Positions 50,813 through 63,020 of a DNA stretch of 64,000 bases are shown here, piece by piece. The notes below the pieces were generated by a model. The model was not told the DNA's origin, ran no database searches, and saw only the letters and a program-made list of their open reading frames with translations. Within the stretch, counting starts at the first letter, position 1; every line of letters begins with the position of its first letter. Source of the DNA: Octopus sinensis (Eukaryota); contig NC_043011.1 in NCBI RefSeq assembly GCF_006345805.1, positions 46,884,464 through 46,948,463 of the forward strand, read 5' to 3'. Both the position numbers and the translations under genes were made by a program.

Positions 50813-51675
50813 CATACATACATACATACGTACATACATACATACATACATACATACATACATACATACATACATACATACATACATACATACATACATA
50901 CATACATACATACATACGTACATACATACATACATACATACATACATACATACATACATACATACGTACATATATATATATATTCTTATATACAACGGGC
51001 TTCTTTCAGTTTCCGTCTTCCAAATCCACTCACAAGGGGCTTTGGTCGGTCTGAGGCTATAGTAGAAGACACTTGCCCAAGTTGCCACACAATAGGACTG
51101 AACCCGGAACCATATGGTTCATAAGCAAGCTACTTACCACACAGCCACTCCTACTGAAAGATACTTAATGCACATGCACACATACACACACATATACCTA
51201 TACACATGCAAGCACACGCACACAGATATATGCCTACACACACACACACAGAAAGCTTTCTAAGCCAGGTTAAGCCTCTAATATTCTTACATGTATGCAT
51301 GGCTTTTACCTTTTATTTCTTACTGGTTTCACTCTTTAGACTGCGACCATACTGGGGTACCACCTTCAAGAATATTTTGGTTGAATGAATCAACCCCAGT
51401 ACTTACTTTTTTAAGCCTGGTATTTATTCTATCAGGCTCTTTTGCTGAACTGCTAAGTTACCGGGATGTAAGCATACCAGCACTGGCCTTCAAACTGTAG
51501 TGGGGGACAAACACAACAGACACAAAGACACTCACACATAGATAGACATATGCATTGCATATATATAAGTTTAAATAAAGGTTGCAGACCTCATTAAGGT
51601 ATAATAAAATCCAATGAATATACTGGTTTATTACCTATTACAAAAGTATTGAATATTTATATACGTATACACATG

Positions 51676-51709
<34 letters not shown>

Positions 51710-51868
51710 CATAAATATATACATACATATATACATACACACATATATACACATACACAACAACCCACTCACAAAAAATTTGTTGGCCTGAGGCTATAGT
51801 AGAAGACACTTGCTCAAAATACCATACAGTGGGACTGAACACAGAATCATGTGGTTTGGAAGCAAGCT

Positions 51869-52450
51869 TCTTCTTTATTGCCCACAAGGGGCTAAACATA
51901 GAGGGGACAAACAAGGACAGACAAAGGGATTAAGTCGATTACACTGACCCCAGTGTGTAAGTGTGTAACTGGTACTTAATTTATCGACCCCGAAAGGATG
52001 AAAGGCAAAGTCGACCTTGGCAGAATTCGAACTCAGAAAGAAATACCTATTTCTTTACTACCCACAAGGGGCTAAACATAGAGGGGACAACAAGGACAGA
52101 CAAAGGGATTAAGTCGATTACACTGACCCCAGTGTGTAAGTGTGTAACTGGTACTTAATTTATCGACCCCGAAAGGATGAAAGGCAAAGTCGACCTTGGC
52201 AGAATTCGAACTCAAAAAGAAATACCTATTTCTTTACTACCCACAAGGGGCTAAACAGAAAGAGAACAAACAAACGGATTAAGTCGATTATATCGACCCC
52301 AGTGCATAACTGGTATTTATTTAATCGACCCCCAAAGGATGAAAGGTAGAAGTCGACCTCGGCAGAATTTGAACTCAGAACGTAACGGGAGACGAAATAC
52401 TGGTAAGCATTTCACCTACCGTGCTACCGTTTTTGCTAGCTCACCACCTT
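51869..52450 (-). mobile_element. Three SINE-C segments in tandem (two 179-bp duplicates plus one longer copy). Other SINE-C copies near 6880, 9300, 18850, 20608, 60320 and 63030
   Basis: The two short units share a private GTGTGTAA duplication. Confidence 0.85.
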
Positions 52451-53883
52451 GGAAGCAAGCTTCTTACCACAGAGCTACACCTGTGTATGTATTTGTGTGT
52501 ATATATGTGTGCATTAATATGTATGCATGTATATTAGAAGTTCCTTTGTGGGTATTTCAGCTGAAAGCTGAAGAACTTTTAAATAGTTTATTCAGTACCC
52601 GGATACATTATTTCTGGATGGTCATAGCTGGAATGCTTTTAATCATAGGTCTCTTCAGTCTGTTTTGATGGGAGACAGGTTGCTAAATAACAATATTTCT
52701 TCAAAGAAAATCCAAGATATTTCTGTAAAGCACAGTAAACTGGCAGTTTCAGAATTAAGGATCCTTGATAGCTTTTTTTATATTTTTCATCATTAACTTA
52801 AGTGGAAAGGATGGTGCCCATGAAATGCTCCTGCGTTATTCAGGTGAAGCAAAGAACTGTCTGCTTCAAGGACCCTAGAATTTATGTGCTGCTTGTGAAA
52901 TATCTTACCTAAACATCTAATGCTTGTTAAAAATCTTACTTAAATACTTAATGATGGTGAAATATCTCTCACGCTGGGTACTTTCACTTCTACTTATACA
53001 AATGTTGAACATTAAAAAAAAAACCTTGTGTAACAAATTAGAATGTATTTTTAATTTCATTTTAATGATAGGTGTGCAAGTGAGAAGAGTTATATTAAAC
53101 ACACATGTTTATATTAAACATATATATATATATAACAACACTGTATTCCACACACTATATACAGCTACATCTTTTATACAGTTATATAAACTCTGTTCAC
53201 TTAAACACACTATATACAGTTATATACACCCTACTCATTTCACAAGCACACACACACACGTACACACACACATACTCACACACACATACACACATGCATA
53301 ACACATGATCTCAACGCTGATTTATTTTTAAGGATACTTTTCATAAATCTGACATCTGACTAAATTCTAAGGTATAACAACTCTGTTGATTGCATGTATA
53401 CATTACCATCAAATACATAACTGTAATATATATATATATATCTGTTTACACACACCCGCACATACATCCATATATACTTAGATATACACTTGTTTGTAGA
53501 AATACATTGTAAGATATCGAATTATGCAATAAATAGTATATATAACGATTTAAGAAAACTGATGGTGGAGGTCTGTGTAAGTAAGAGTCACAAGAGAAAA
53601 GTAAGACATCTGGCACAGAGGGGAAGATACTAAATGAGGTGATAAAACATTAGATATTGCTGATTCAATTAGATAAGCTAGTATTGTCTCTGTGAACAGC
53701 AATGGGTAATGAATCACTGATGAGAGCTTAATAATAACTGAAAATACTCATATGGATTTCCTTTTCTATCCATGCAGATTAAAAGGAAAAAACCTGTACT
53801 TTTCATTTTAACATTGATATCTACTCTTGACGGTAATGCATCGAACAATTTGTATTTAAGATATATAATGAAAAACAGATGTA

Positions 53884-53935
<52 letters not shown>

Positions 53936-54355
53936 GGTGCAGGAGAGGCTGTGTGGTAAGTAGCTTGCTTACCAGCCACATGGTTCCGGGTTCAGTCCCA
54001 CTGCGTGACACATTGGGCAAGTGTCATCTACTATAGCCTCGGGCCGACTGTAGACACCTTGCCAAATCAGACTGGAGCCTGGTGCAGTCCCACCGGCTTG
54101 TCAGTTCTCAGTCAAACCATCCAACCCATACCAGTGTGGAAGGCGGACGTTAAACAATGATGAAGATGATGACGATAATATACATGTATATATAGGTGCA
54201 GGCATGGCTGTGTGGTAAGAAGCTTGCTTCCCAACCACATGGTTCCGGGTTCAGTCCCAATGTGTGGCACCTTGCACAAGTGCCTTCTACTATAGCCTAG
54301 GGCTGACCAAAGACTTGTAAGCAGATTTGGTAGGCAGAAACTGAAAGAAGTCCAC

Positions 54356-54385
<30 letters not shown>

Positions 54386-54390
<5 letters not shown>

Positions 54391-55068
54391 AAGCAATAAA
54401 GGGTTTAGCAACGAATTGCCTTACCACATACCGAATTTAGAAATAGCAGTCAAAGAGTTATAGCTATTTCTTCTACTAAAAAGGGAGATCTCAGTAAAAA
54501 CAGCAATTGGAAGGCAGACACAAACAGGTAAGAGAGAATGAATTGACGGCAATCTATCATACAATTTTAAGTTATCTACGGACGTACGTTTCGAAATCAA
54601 GTTTTTAGGAAAGCATAAGAATTAAATATTAAATAATTCTATCTCACCAAAACTTCTTTTCTCTTCAGCGTAGAATACTATAATCATAAATGATTATATA
54701 TTGAATTTTGAGATACTAGAAGGCACCAACTCAACTCAGTATCAGAGCGAGCTAGAATCTGCAACTAGTATCACCAAATCCAATGTGTGAATGAAAAGAT
54801 TGTGTCACCAGCCCCTTCCCACCCGCGTGTAGCCAAAACAAGATGCTGTGGTCATCTACTGAGATAAAATATGGTTATCCGTAATAATGAAGGGTGAAAT
54901 TAATTAATTTGGAATAATTATCAATTACACCAAGTAGTCTTCGGCATGTAAAAGCCTCATTCGAGGAAAATTTAAGTAATACAAAGCAATAAAGGGTTTA
55001 GCAACGAATTGCCTTACCACATACCGAATTTAGAAATAGCAGTCAAAGAGTTATAGCTATTTCTTCTA
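54386..55068 (-). mobile_element. HHR-containing retrozyme/Penelope pLTR-like element: 593-bp monomer plus 90-bp terminal direct repeat
   Basis: 54386-54475 is identical to 54979-55068 (offset 593). No ORF, one intact HHR, and flanked by (TA)n inside a split SINE-A. Confidence 0.75.
54575..54674 (-). ncRNA. Canonical type I hammerhead ribozyme, GUC cleavage site
   Basis: Minus strand TCTACG-CTGAAGA-GAAA-AG-AAGTTTT...AAAACTT-GA-TTTC-GAAAC-GTAC-GTC-CGTAGA. 6-bp stem I, G10.1-C11.1 pair, long stem II, palindromic stem III ACGTACGT; cleavage predicted between 54581 and 54580. Confidence 0.9.
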
Positions 55069-55072
55069 TATA

Positions 55073-55161
<89 letters not shown>

Positions 55162-55172
55162 TATATATAATA

Positions 55173-55204
<32 letters not shown>

Positions 55205-55395
55205 TATGTGTGTGTCTTTGTGTCTGTGTTTGCTTCTACACCATCACTTGACAATGGATGTTGGTGTGTTTATGTCCCTGAAACTTAGTGGTTCAGCAAA
55301 AGAACCTGATAGAATAAGTACTAGATTTTTTCAATGAAAGGCAGTGCTCTAGCATGACTGCAGTCAAATGACTGAAACATATAAAAGAGTAAAAG

Positions 55396-55438
<43 letters not shown>

Positions 55439-55466
55439 GTATTAATAAAGCTGCAAAGACGTATAC

Positions 55467-55505
<39 letters not shown>

Positions 55506-55629
55506 TGTGTGTATATATACACATATATATGTATATATGTAGAAATATATATGCATGTATTCATACTTATGTAAACATATATATATATACATATACATGT
55601 AAACATATATATATATACATATACATGTA

Positions 55630-55674
<45 letters not shown>

Positions 55675-56066
55675 ACATATATGTACACACACATATATAC
55701 ACGTGTGTGTGTAGCTTTGATGAATTATTTGTTCACTATTTATCACTGTCCAACACATGCAGCAATATTAATAAAACATACACTGGGGTGGACAGTTGTC
55801 CTGCCACCACCACAGCCCCTACTCCCACTGCCACCATCACCACTACTGCTGCGTTAGGCTGGACAATAGCAAAAGAGAAAGCCAGACAAATATTTGTCTT
55901 TCTATTTATTATCGCAGGATAGTCGTAAAAAGAAAAGATTTATGAATATTCTCGCTAAACAAATGAATGAATTTGAGGTGTCTGACTTAAAGAAAAGAAG
56001 ATATCAAACAGACTACTTAGAGATTGCTTGTCTATGTGTATGCATTAATGAGTGGGTGTGTTTATA

Positions 56067-56103
<37 letters not shown>

Positions 56104-56484
56104 ACAGGCAGCTGTCTGTGTTGTTGTAAGGATGGGGGATAAGGCATAAAACCTACTCACACACATATTAAAACATATTTATCAATCTTTAAATCACTGA
56201 CCATTTGAAGGGTCATAAATAGATCTTATGGATGGTGAAGGTGTGGCTTTGAAGGTTCAACTGTGGCTGTGTGGTAAGAAGTTTATTTCCCAACCATATG
56301 GTTCCGGGTTCAGTCCAACTCCGTGGCACCTTGAGCAAGTGTCTTCTACTATAGCCTCAGAGAGACCAAAGCCCTGTGAGTGGATTCGGTAGACGGAAAC
56401 TGAAAGAAGCCTACCGTGTATATATATATATATCTTTATGTGTAATTGCGTGTGTATGTGTGTTGATGTTTGTGTCTTTTTCTT

Positions 56485-56830
56485 GGGATATCTACTATAT
56501 CAGAACTTTAACCCACATGGATCTCTGCAGGATTGCACCTAAGGATTCATGCTCTGGTTTTTATAACTTTGGAAGGCTGAACAATGCACTTTTATGCCTC
56601 TTTTTCCTTCTCTCATTTCATCTCTTTATTCTTTTACTCTCTTTCTCTATGTTGTCATCTGATTAATATATACCATTCTCATTTTCCATATTTTTTCCCC
56701 TATTTGTCTCCAATGACGGAATATCCCACACTCAGGGATATCCCAGAATCAGCTGTAAGATTTGGAATTTCATCCCAAAATAATATCGTATATGACTTGA
56801 GATGTTTGCCTTGCCTTAATGTTTGATGTC
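56485..56830 (+). mobile_element. Penelope-like 3' remnant
   Basis: YYIRT(L/F)NPHG-like GIY-YIG end (frameshifted), pyrimidine-rich UTR, decayed HHR. Confidence 0.5.
56707..56760 (+). ncRNA. Strongly decayed hammerhead motif
   Basis: TCTC-CAATGAC-GGAATATCCC/GGGATATCCC-AGAAT-CAGCTGTAAGA; same CAGCTGTAAGA end as the 18.2 kb motif. Confidence 0.45.
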
Positions 56831-57597
56831 CTCTTTAACAATTATATATCTGCTGCATTGGAAATCTGCAATGGCTCCATAACTACCATCTCGGCTATAG
56901 CCTTGGAGCCCCAGTAATCTGTTACAGCACTTACCTAGCGTACCTAATCGTTTAGATCACCTGTGAACTAAACCCCCATACTTTGTATGTATATATATAT
57001 ATATAGGCATAGGAGTGGCTGTGTGGTAAGTAGCTTGCTTATGAAACACATGGTTCCAGGTTCAGTCCCACTGCGTGGCACCTTGAGCAAGTGTCTTCTA
57101 CTATAGCCTCGGGCTGATCAAAGCCATGTGAGTGGATTTGGTAGATGGAAACTGAAAGAAGCCCATCGTATATATGTATATATATGTACGTGTGTGTATA
57201 TGTTTGTGTGTCTGTGTTTGTCCCCCAACATCACTTGACAATGTATGGGATTGTAGCAACTGGAATGTCTTTGATCATAGGTTTTACTTGATCAAATCTG
57301 ACCTGGTACTGAACAACAGTAACAACATGAGACATAGACTAGACTGAACAGAGGAAGTAACTGAACACTCACAACCTGCCACAATTTGAGTTCACACATT
57401 ATGTAGGACACTGATACACAATGTTGAAACCAGAATCCACCCACACTGTCTTGGATCACTTGATTGATCACTGAATGTAAGCAATGGATTCTTTGGAAAC
57501 TATTTGAGATATACATCATATAGAGGGACCCACCACATGGAGAATATATTTCTCAGCTACAAGAAATGCATATGTACCCATCATAACACCAATATGA

Positions 57598-57802
57598 TTA
57601 TGTATTGAAAAGTTCCTGACTTTGAGTATCGCAAAAGGCCCGGTCAGTGGCCCAACATTCCAAGTTCTTTTACAGGGCTTAGAAAAACTGGAGGATCACT
57701 GTAATAAGTCTGTGAATTTGATAAGGAGATATGTTGAATAAAATCATGACTAACTGATCCTTCTGTATTTTCTTTTCCCCAAAGCTAGGAACTTTTAGCA
57801 CC
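57598..57802 (+). mobile_element. Mariner-derived MITE, copy 3
   Basis: Homologous to the copies at 21096 and 43465 along its length. Confidence 0.7.
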
Positions 57803-57822
57803 TGGCTTGTGTGTATATATAC

Positions 57823-58235
57823 TCTTTACTCTTTTACTCTTTTACTTGTTTCAGTCATTTGACTGCGGCCATGCTGCAGCACCGCCTTTAGTCGAGCAAA
57901 TCGACCCCGGGACTTATTCTTTTGTAAGCCCAGTACTTATTCTATCGGTCTCTTTTGCCGAACCGTTAAGTGATGGGGACGTAAACACACCAGCATCGGT
58001 TGTCAAGCAATGCTAGGGGGGACAAACACAGACACACAAACATACACGCACACATATATATATACATATATACGACAGGCTTCTTTCAGTTTCTGTCTAC
58101 CAAATCCACTCACAAGGCTTTGGTTGGCCTGGGGCTATAGTAGAAGACACTTGCCCAAGATGCCACACAGTGGGACTGAACCCGGAACCATGTGGTTCGT
58201 AAGCAAGCTACTTACCTCACAGCCACTCCTGCGCC
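57823..58235 (-). mobile_element. SINE-A. More full or partial copies near 17858, 26150, 31455, 35030, 36540, 37237, 39440, 43677, 48429, 49693, 50650, 51300, 53933, 54193, 56258, 57003 and 60675
   Basis: Full-length consensus. Confidence 0.9.
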
Positions 58236-58295
58236 TATATATATATATATATATATATAATATATGCCTATGTATATAGGTATGTTTGAGTGTGT

Positions 58296-58349
<54 letters not shown>

Positions 58350-58514
58350 TTTTATGTGTGTATGTGCCCAAATGCACATACATAAATAAATGTACATACA
58401 TGTAAATCACTCTGCCTATGTCAGTCATATCATTACATTTCCAGGCAGACTAAATACTTTTAAATAGAAACTTAACAGGTATTTTTATAATCAGGTAAAA
58501 GTAGCAGCATTAGT

Positions 58515-58536
58515 AGTAGTAGTAATGATGATGATG

Positions 58537-58576
<40 letters not shown>

Positions 58577-58641
58577 TAACAATAACAATAATAATAATAA
58601 CAATAATAACAATAATAACAATAATAACAATAATAATGATG

Positions 58642-58681
<40 letters not shown>

Positions 58682-58746
58682 TAACAATAACAATAATAAT
58701 AATAACAATAATAACAATAATAACAATAATAACAATAATAATGATG

Positions 58747-58789
<43 letters not shown>

Positions 58790-58818
58790 TAATAACAATA
58801 ATAACAATAATAATGATG

Positions 58819-58849
<31 letters not shown>

Positions 58850-58860
58850 CATCAACGACA
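58515..58860. repeat. Compound (AAT/AAC/GAT)n microsatellite with higher-order structure
   Basis: Translated pattern MM-I(n)-TITIT..TII recurs about three times. Confidence 0.85.
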
Positions 58861-59924
58861 ACAACAATCACCTGAGTGAAGACCACAACCAGTGCACCAA
58901 TACCAACACATCCAACAACACAATCACTGCCAATAAGTTTTTTTATGACCAACACACTAATACCACCACCAGCACTACCATCACACAAACACTGCCAATC
59001 TTACTACCACACCATCTCCATCTTCTTCACCACCACCACCACCACCACCACCACCACCACCACCAGTACTATTATCGTCCCCATCACCAATAACACTATC
59101 ATCCCCACTCCGACCAGCATCCACCCCCATTACCACACAACCATCACCACCATCACCACCACCACAATGATGACCATCACTACAGTCATTACATCTCCTA
59201 AAAGTGAAAAAAGGAGGAGGAGGAGGAGGAAGAGAAGGAATAAGAGGAAGGAATGGCGGTGACGATGATTGTGTGGGGGGAGGGGAAGGGGGGGCAGTCA
59301 CAAGATATACAAATGTGAAATATTTCAAAACGTAAAATATACCATTTCTCCAGACGTTTTAGCATCTTCTTAATTTCTTCTGGAAGTTGCCATTTCTTGA
59401 AGGTGTGTTTTTTTTATTGAAATATATACAGCATCCGTCTGTTATATTTTACCTCTACAACAACAACAACAGTAGCAATAAATGGAAGAAATGGGTGTAG
59501 CTTGAGAGCTTGTTAGGAAGCCATAAATGAAGGTACTTTCGTATCACCTATTTGCCATAGACTAATACCTGGCTACTAACTAGCTGTCGGAATGTTCTTG
59601 GAAAATTTAATATCCAATTGCTTTAGGTATTTCATATTTTATTGTTTTTATTTTAATGTTTTAACATAATGTTAACAAGAACAATAAAGCAATAAAGTTG
59701 GTTATAATAATTGTTACTAATATACATGCAAGACTAAAAAATTGGGATGACGACTGAGCTGATTAAATTGGCACCAATACATGACTGGTATTTTATTTTA
59801 TTGACTCCGGAAAGCTAAAGGGTCAAGAGAAAATGTGCAGGATTTGAACTCAGAACAAATACCAGCAGACATTTTTGACTGACATTAATGTTTCTTTCTG
59901 CCAGTCCACTGTTCTTATTAGCAA

Positions 59925-60292
59925 TGAGTAAAACGCCCCCGTCCAATGGACGGTGCTGAGTTGTCAAACATTTAAACCAAATTTTCTCAAAACAACTTGT
60001 CCGACCGTCCCATAGGCCTCCCCTTTGAGAAACACTGATTTATCTTAAATTTGAGACACCAGCAAAAGAAGAAATAAAGATAGCCTTTTTTTCTATTCCA
60101 AAAAAAAACGATTTTATTCACTTTATCGATTGCATTCTTACCTGGAATCGATTTTTGTAATTTTTTCAACACTTATACATGCCCTGATACTGATAGTATC
60201 TACATATCAAATTTGAGTGCAATCGGATGGAGGATACCCAAGTTCCTAGAAGACACACACACAGACAGACAGAACGGATTTTATATAATAGA
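59925..60292 (-). mobile_element. Helitron/DINE-like non-autonomous element
   Basis: Minus strand A|TCTATTATATAAAATCCGTTCTGTCTGTCTGT start; 3' hairpin CCGTCC-ATT-GGACGG at 59939-59953. Confidence 0.55.
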
Positions 60293-60564
60293 TGATTTCA
60301 AATTTTGGCACAAGGCCAGCAACATCGACCACAGTACATGACTGGTACTTATTTTATCGACCCTGAAAGAATGAAAGGCAAAGCTGACATTGGTGGAATT
60401 TGAACTCAGAATGTAAAGATGAACAAAATGCTGCTAAGCATTTTGTCTGGCATGCCAATGGTTCTGCCAGCTTGCTGCCTTGCTGTCTTCATTAATAAGA
60501 CAGGATGGTCATGGCTAGAATGTCTTTGATCTCAGATATCTGCTTGCATTAGGCTGAGCTGAGT

Positions 60565-61204
60565 TTAATCCTTTAGCATTTAAACTAGCCATATATGTCG
60601 TAAATTTTCTAACTGTTCTATATTCAAGGTGGCCAGATCCAGCCTCTTGCACTTCCCCTACCCTTTTCTATTTTTCTCTCTTTTTTACTTGTTTCAGTCA
60701 TTTGACTGCGGCCATGCTGGAGCACTGCCTTTAGTCGAGCAAATCAATCTCAGGACTTATTCGTTGGAAGCCTAGTACTTATTCTATCGGTCTCTTTTGC
60801 TGAACCGTAAATGTTACGGGGACATTAACACACCAGCATCGATTGTCAAGCGATGTTAGGGGGACAGACACAGACACACTAACTCACACACACACACATA
60901 TATATACATATATACGATGGGCTTCTTTCAGTTTCTGTTTACCAAATCCACTCACAAAGGTCCGAGGCTATAGTAGAAGACACTTGCCCAAGGTGCACAG
61001 AGTGGGAATGAATCCGGAACCATGTGGTTCATAAGCAAGCTACTTACCACACAGCCACTCCTGTGTCTACTATGACTTTCAAAAAATAAGCAATCCCATT
61101 ATCATAAACTCAAGGCTATGAGATATTGCATAATTAATTCAAAGCAAGGTGAACAAATAAACATTAGTTTGATAGAATTATCTACATAAATGCTAAAGGG
61201 CTAA
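60565..61204 (-). mobile_element. piggyBac-like MITE with nested SINE-A
   Basis: TTAATCCTTTAGCATT ... AATGCTAAAGGGCTAA; SINE-A occupies about 60675-61065. Confidence 0.65.
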
Positions 61205-61644
61205 ACAGGAGCAACAGCAATTTCAAACCAAAAAGGGTGGCTTGACATGTAAGATATAGCAGCCAAATAACCCTCAAATCCTACCTTCCCATATTAAAAC
61301 AGAATTGAGCATTGAATCCAGGTCATTATAGTTTTACACTACACTTTAAGTAAAGACAAGATAGTCGTGGCTGGAATGTCCTAAATCATAGATTTTCTCA
61401 ATATGGACTCACCAGGGGCTAAAGAGCAATCTTTTTATTTTGCTTTTAATTTTTCCATCACACTCAGGGACAATCCAAATTTGAGATTTCAAGTGAGTGG
61501 TTCAAACCAGCTCACAAACATAATCAGAACCAAGCAGCTGGCTATAAGGTGCTACAACATCGAACCATTACAACGCAGAACCATTGTATGGTTTAGCTTT
61601 ACCCAAAGCAATATTCTTTATTTTCATTAGAACATAACACATTT

Positions 61645-61685
<41 letters not shown>

Positions 61686-61871
61686 TGAAGCAAGAAAGAA
61701 GCAAAGCACAAAAAGTAACAATTGATGACCTTCATCTCATGAAAAACCCATCATCTGATCTTGTCTATGTAAACACTGGATATATATTGTTGCAGGATGA
61801 AAATCTCAAAGAGAAAGAAATTGATACCAATAACAAAAGTGATTGTTCAATAAAAGCTTCTAGAAACACCT

Positions 61872-61906
<35 letters not shown>

Positions 61907-62859
61907 ACTGTTTTAAACTATTACTATTTATTATTAGAAACTCTATTATCATGTAATGTTTAGAGAAACACCTGTATTATTATTGCTATTATTATTATTG
62001 TTAATAGAAAGTCTATTATTTTGTAATGTTTACAGAAGCACCTGTATATTTGCAGCCAACACCCTCTGTTTAGAGAGCTCATACCAAGGTAGGTGATTTG
62101 TAGACATATATATTTATATATATACTGAGGTTGCCATGTCTGCAAAGTTACCTGGAAAATGACCAAGTGTAGTTGTCTTTTATTAGTCATGATTCTTCCA
62201 CAATACATCTTAAGCAAAAGCCAAGATTGGACATCTGACTCTTAGTGGCCAGGCACTCACAGCTCTCCCAGTTCTCAGTCGGTCAGAATCGGGGTGCATA
62301 AAATATTTTATTGTTCAAATTTATGTGCAATAAGTTTGGTTATATTTCTACAATACAACAAAATATTTAAACATTTTTTTATACAATTTTTAATTATATT
62401 TAATCATAAAAATATAATAAGGGCTTTTAGACAGTAAATGGCTATGAGGTTTCCCCCTCTCTGATTAAAATAGCAATCAAAGGGGTCCATAGACAAAAGA
62501 TGGTTGAGAACCCCTGAGTTAGATAATACAACTGTTAGGACTTCAACATTAACATATTTCAATGTTAACAATTATAGCTGTATTGGTCACCCACTGTCAG
62601 TTCCATTGCCAGAGACCACAGACACAGGGGCCCAAATGTGCAAATGAGGGTAGCTATATCAAACTCCATTCTTCACCAAGTGCCACATATTAGAGGAGGC
62701 TCTTCGTAATAACAGTGTAGTAAAATGGTGGTGCATCAGCATGGCCATAGCTCTGAGCTGAAACTAGGGGGAAAAAAAATACTGTAGAGGACTAGCAATG
62801 TGGAAGATTGTTGACATTTACAAGTAAATTTGAACATGGATGAAAATCAACTTGTCTGT

Positions 62860-63020
62860 TCAAAGAGACTTTCAATCTGGTGATCAATGGATAACTTCCA
62901 GAAATCCCTAGTTTAGCAGTGCTATCCATTGTAGAGAGCAATGACTGTTCAAGATAAACTTTACAGATACAGAAGGACTGTTGATCGGATTTATAGAGTA
63001 ATGAAGCTGTTCAACATGCA
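62860..63020 (+). pseudogene. Possible hAT dimerisation-domain remnant
   Basis: Across frames: IW*S, PEIPSLAVLSI, YRRTVDRIYRVMKLFN; only a loose match to the hAT pattern. Confidence 0.3.

Noticed and set aside
53717-53745. CTGATGA...GAAA hammerhead-like words; similar isolated words near 8426, 18503, 43006 and 46889
   Set aside because: No compatible stems I-III or no GAAAC/GUH arrangement.
2858-59328. Most ORFs in the supplied track (YI, CV, HT, poly-I/L/T runs, and recurring MSSDVGG or RLPNPLTRLW peptides)
   Set aside because: They are translations of microsatellites and of SINE or LINE-UTR consensus sequence, not genes.
59343-59407. Minus-strand frame HTFKKWQLPEEIKKMLKRLEK ending at a GT
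   Set aside because: In-frame TAA just upstream, no acceptor and only a moderate donor. Worth revisiting if the A8 run is mis-sequenced.
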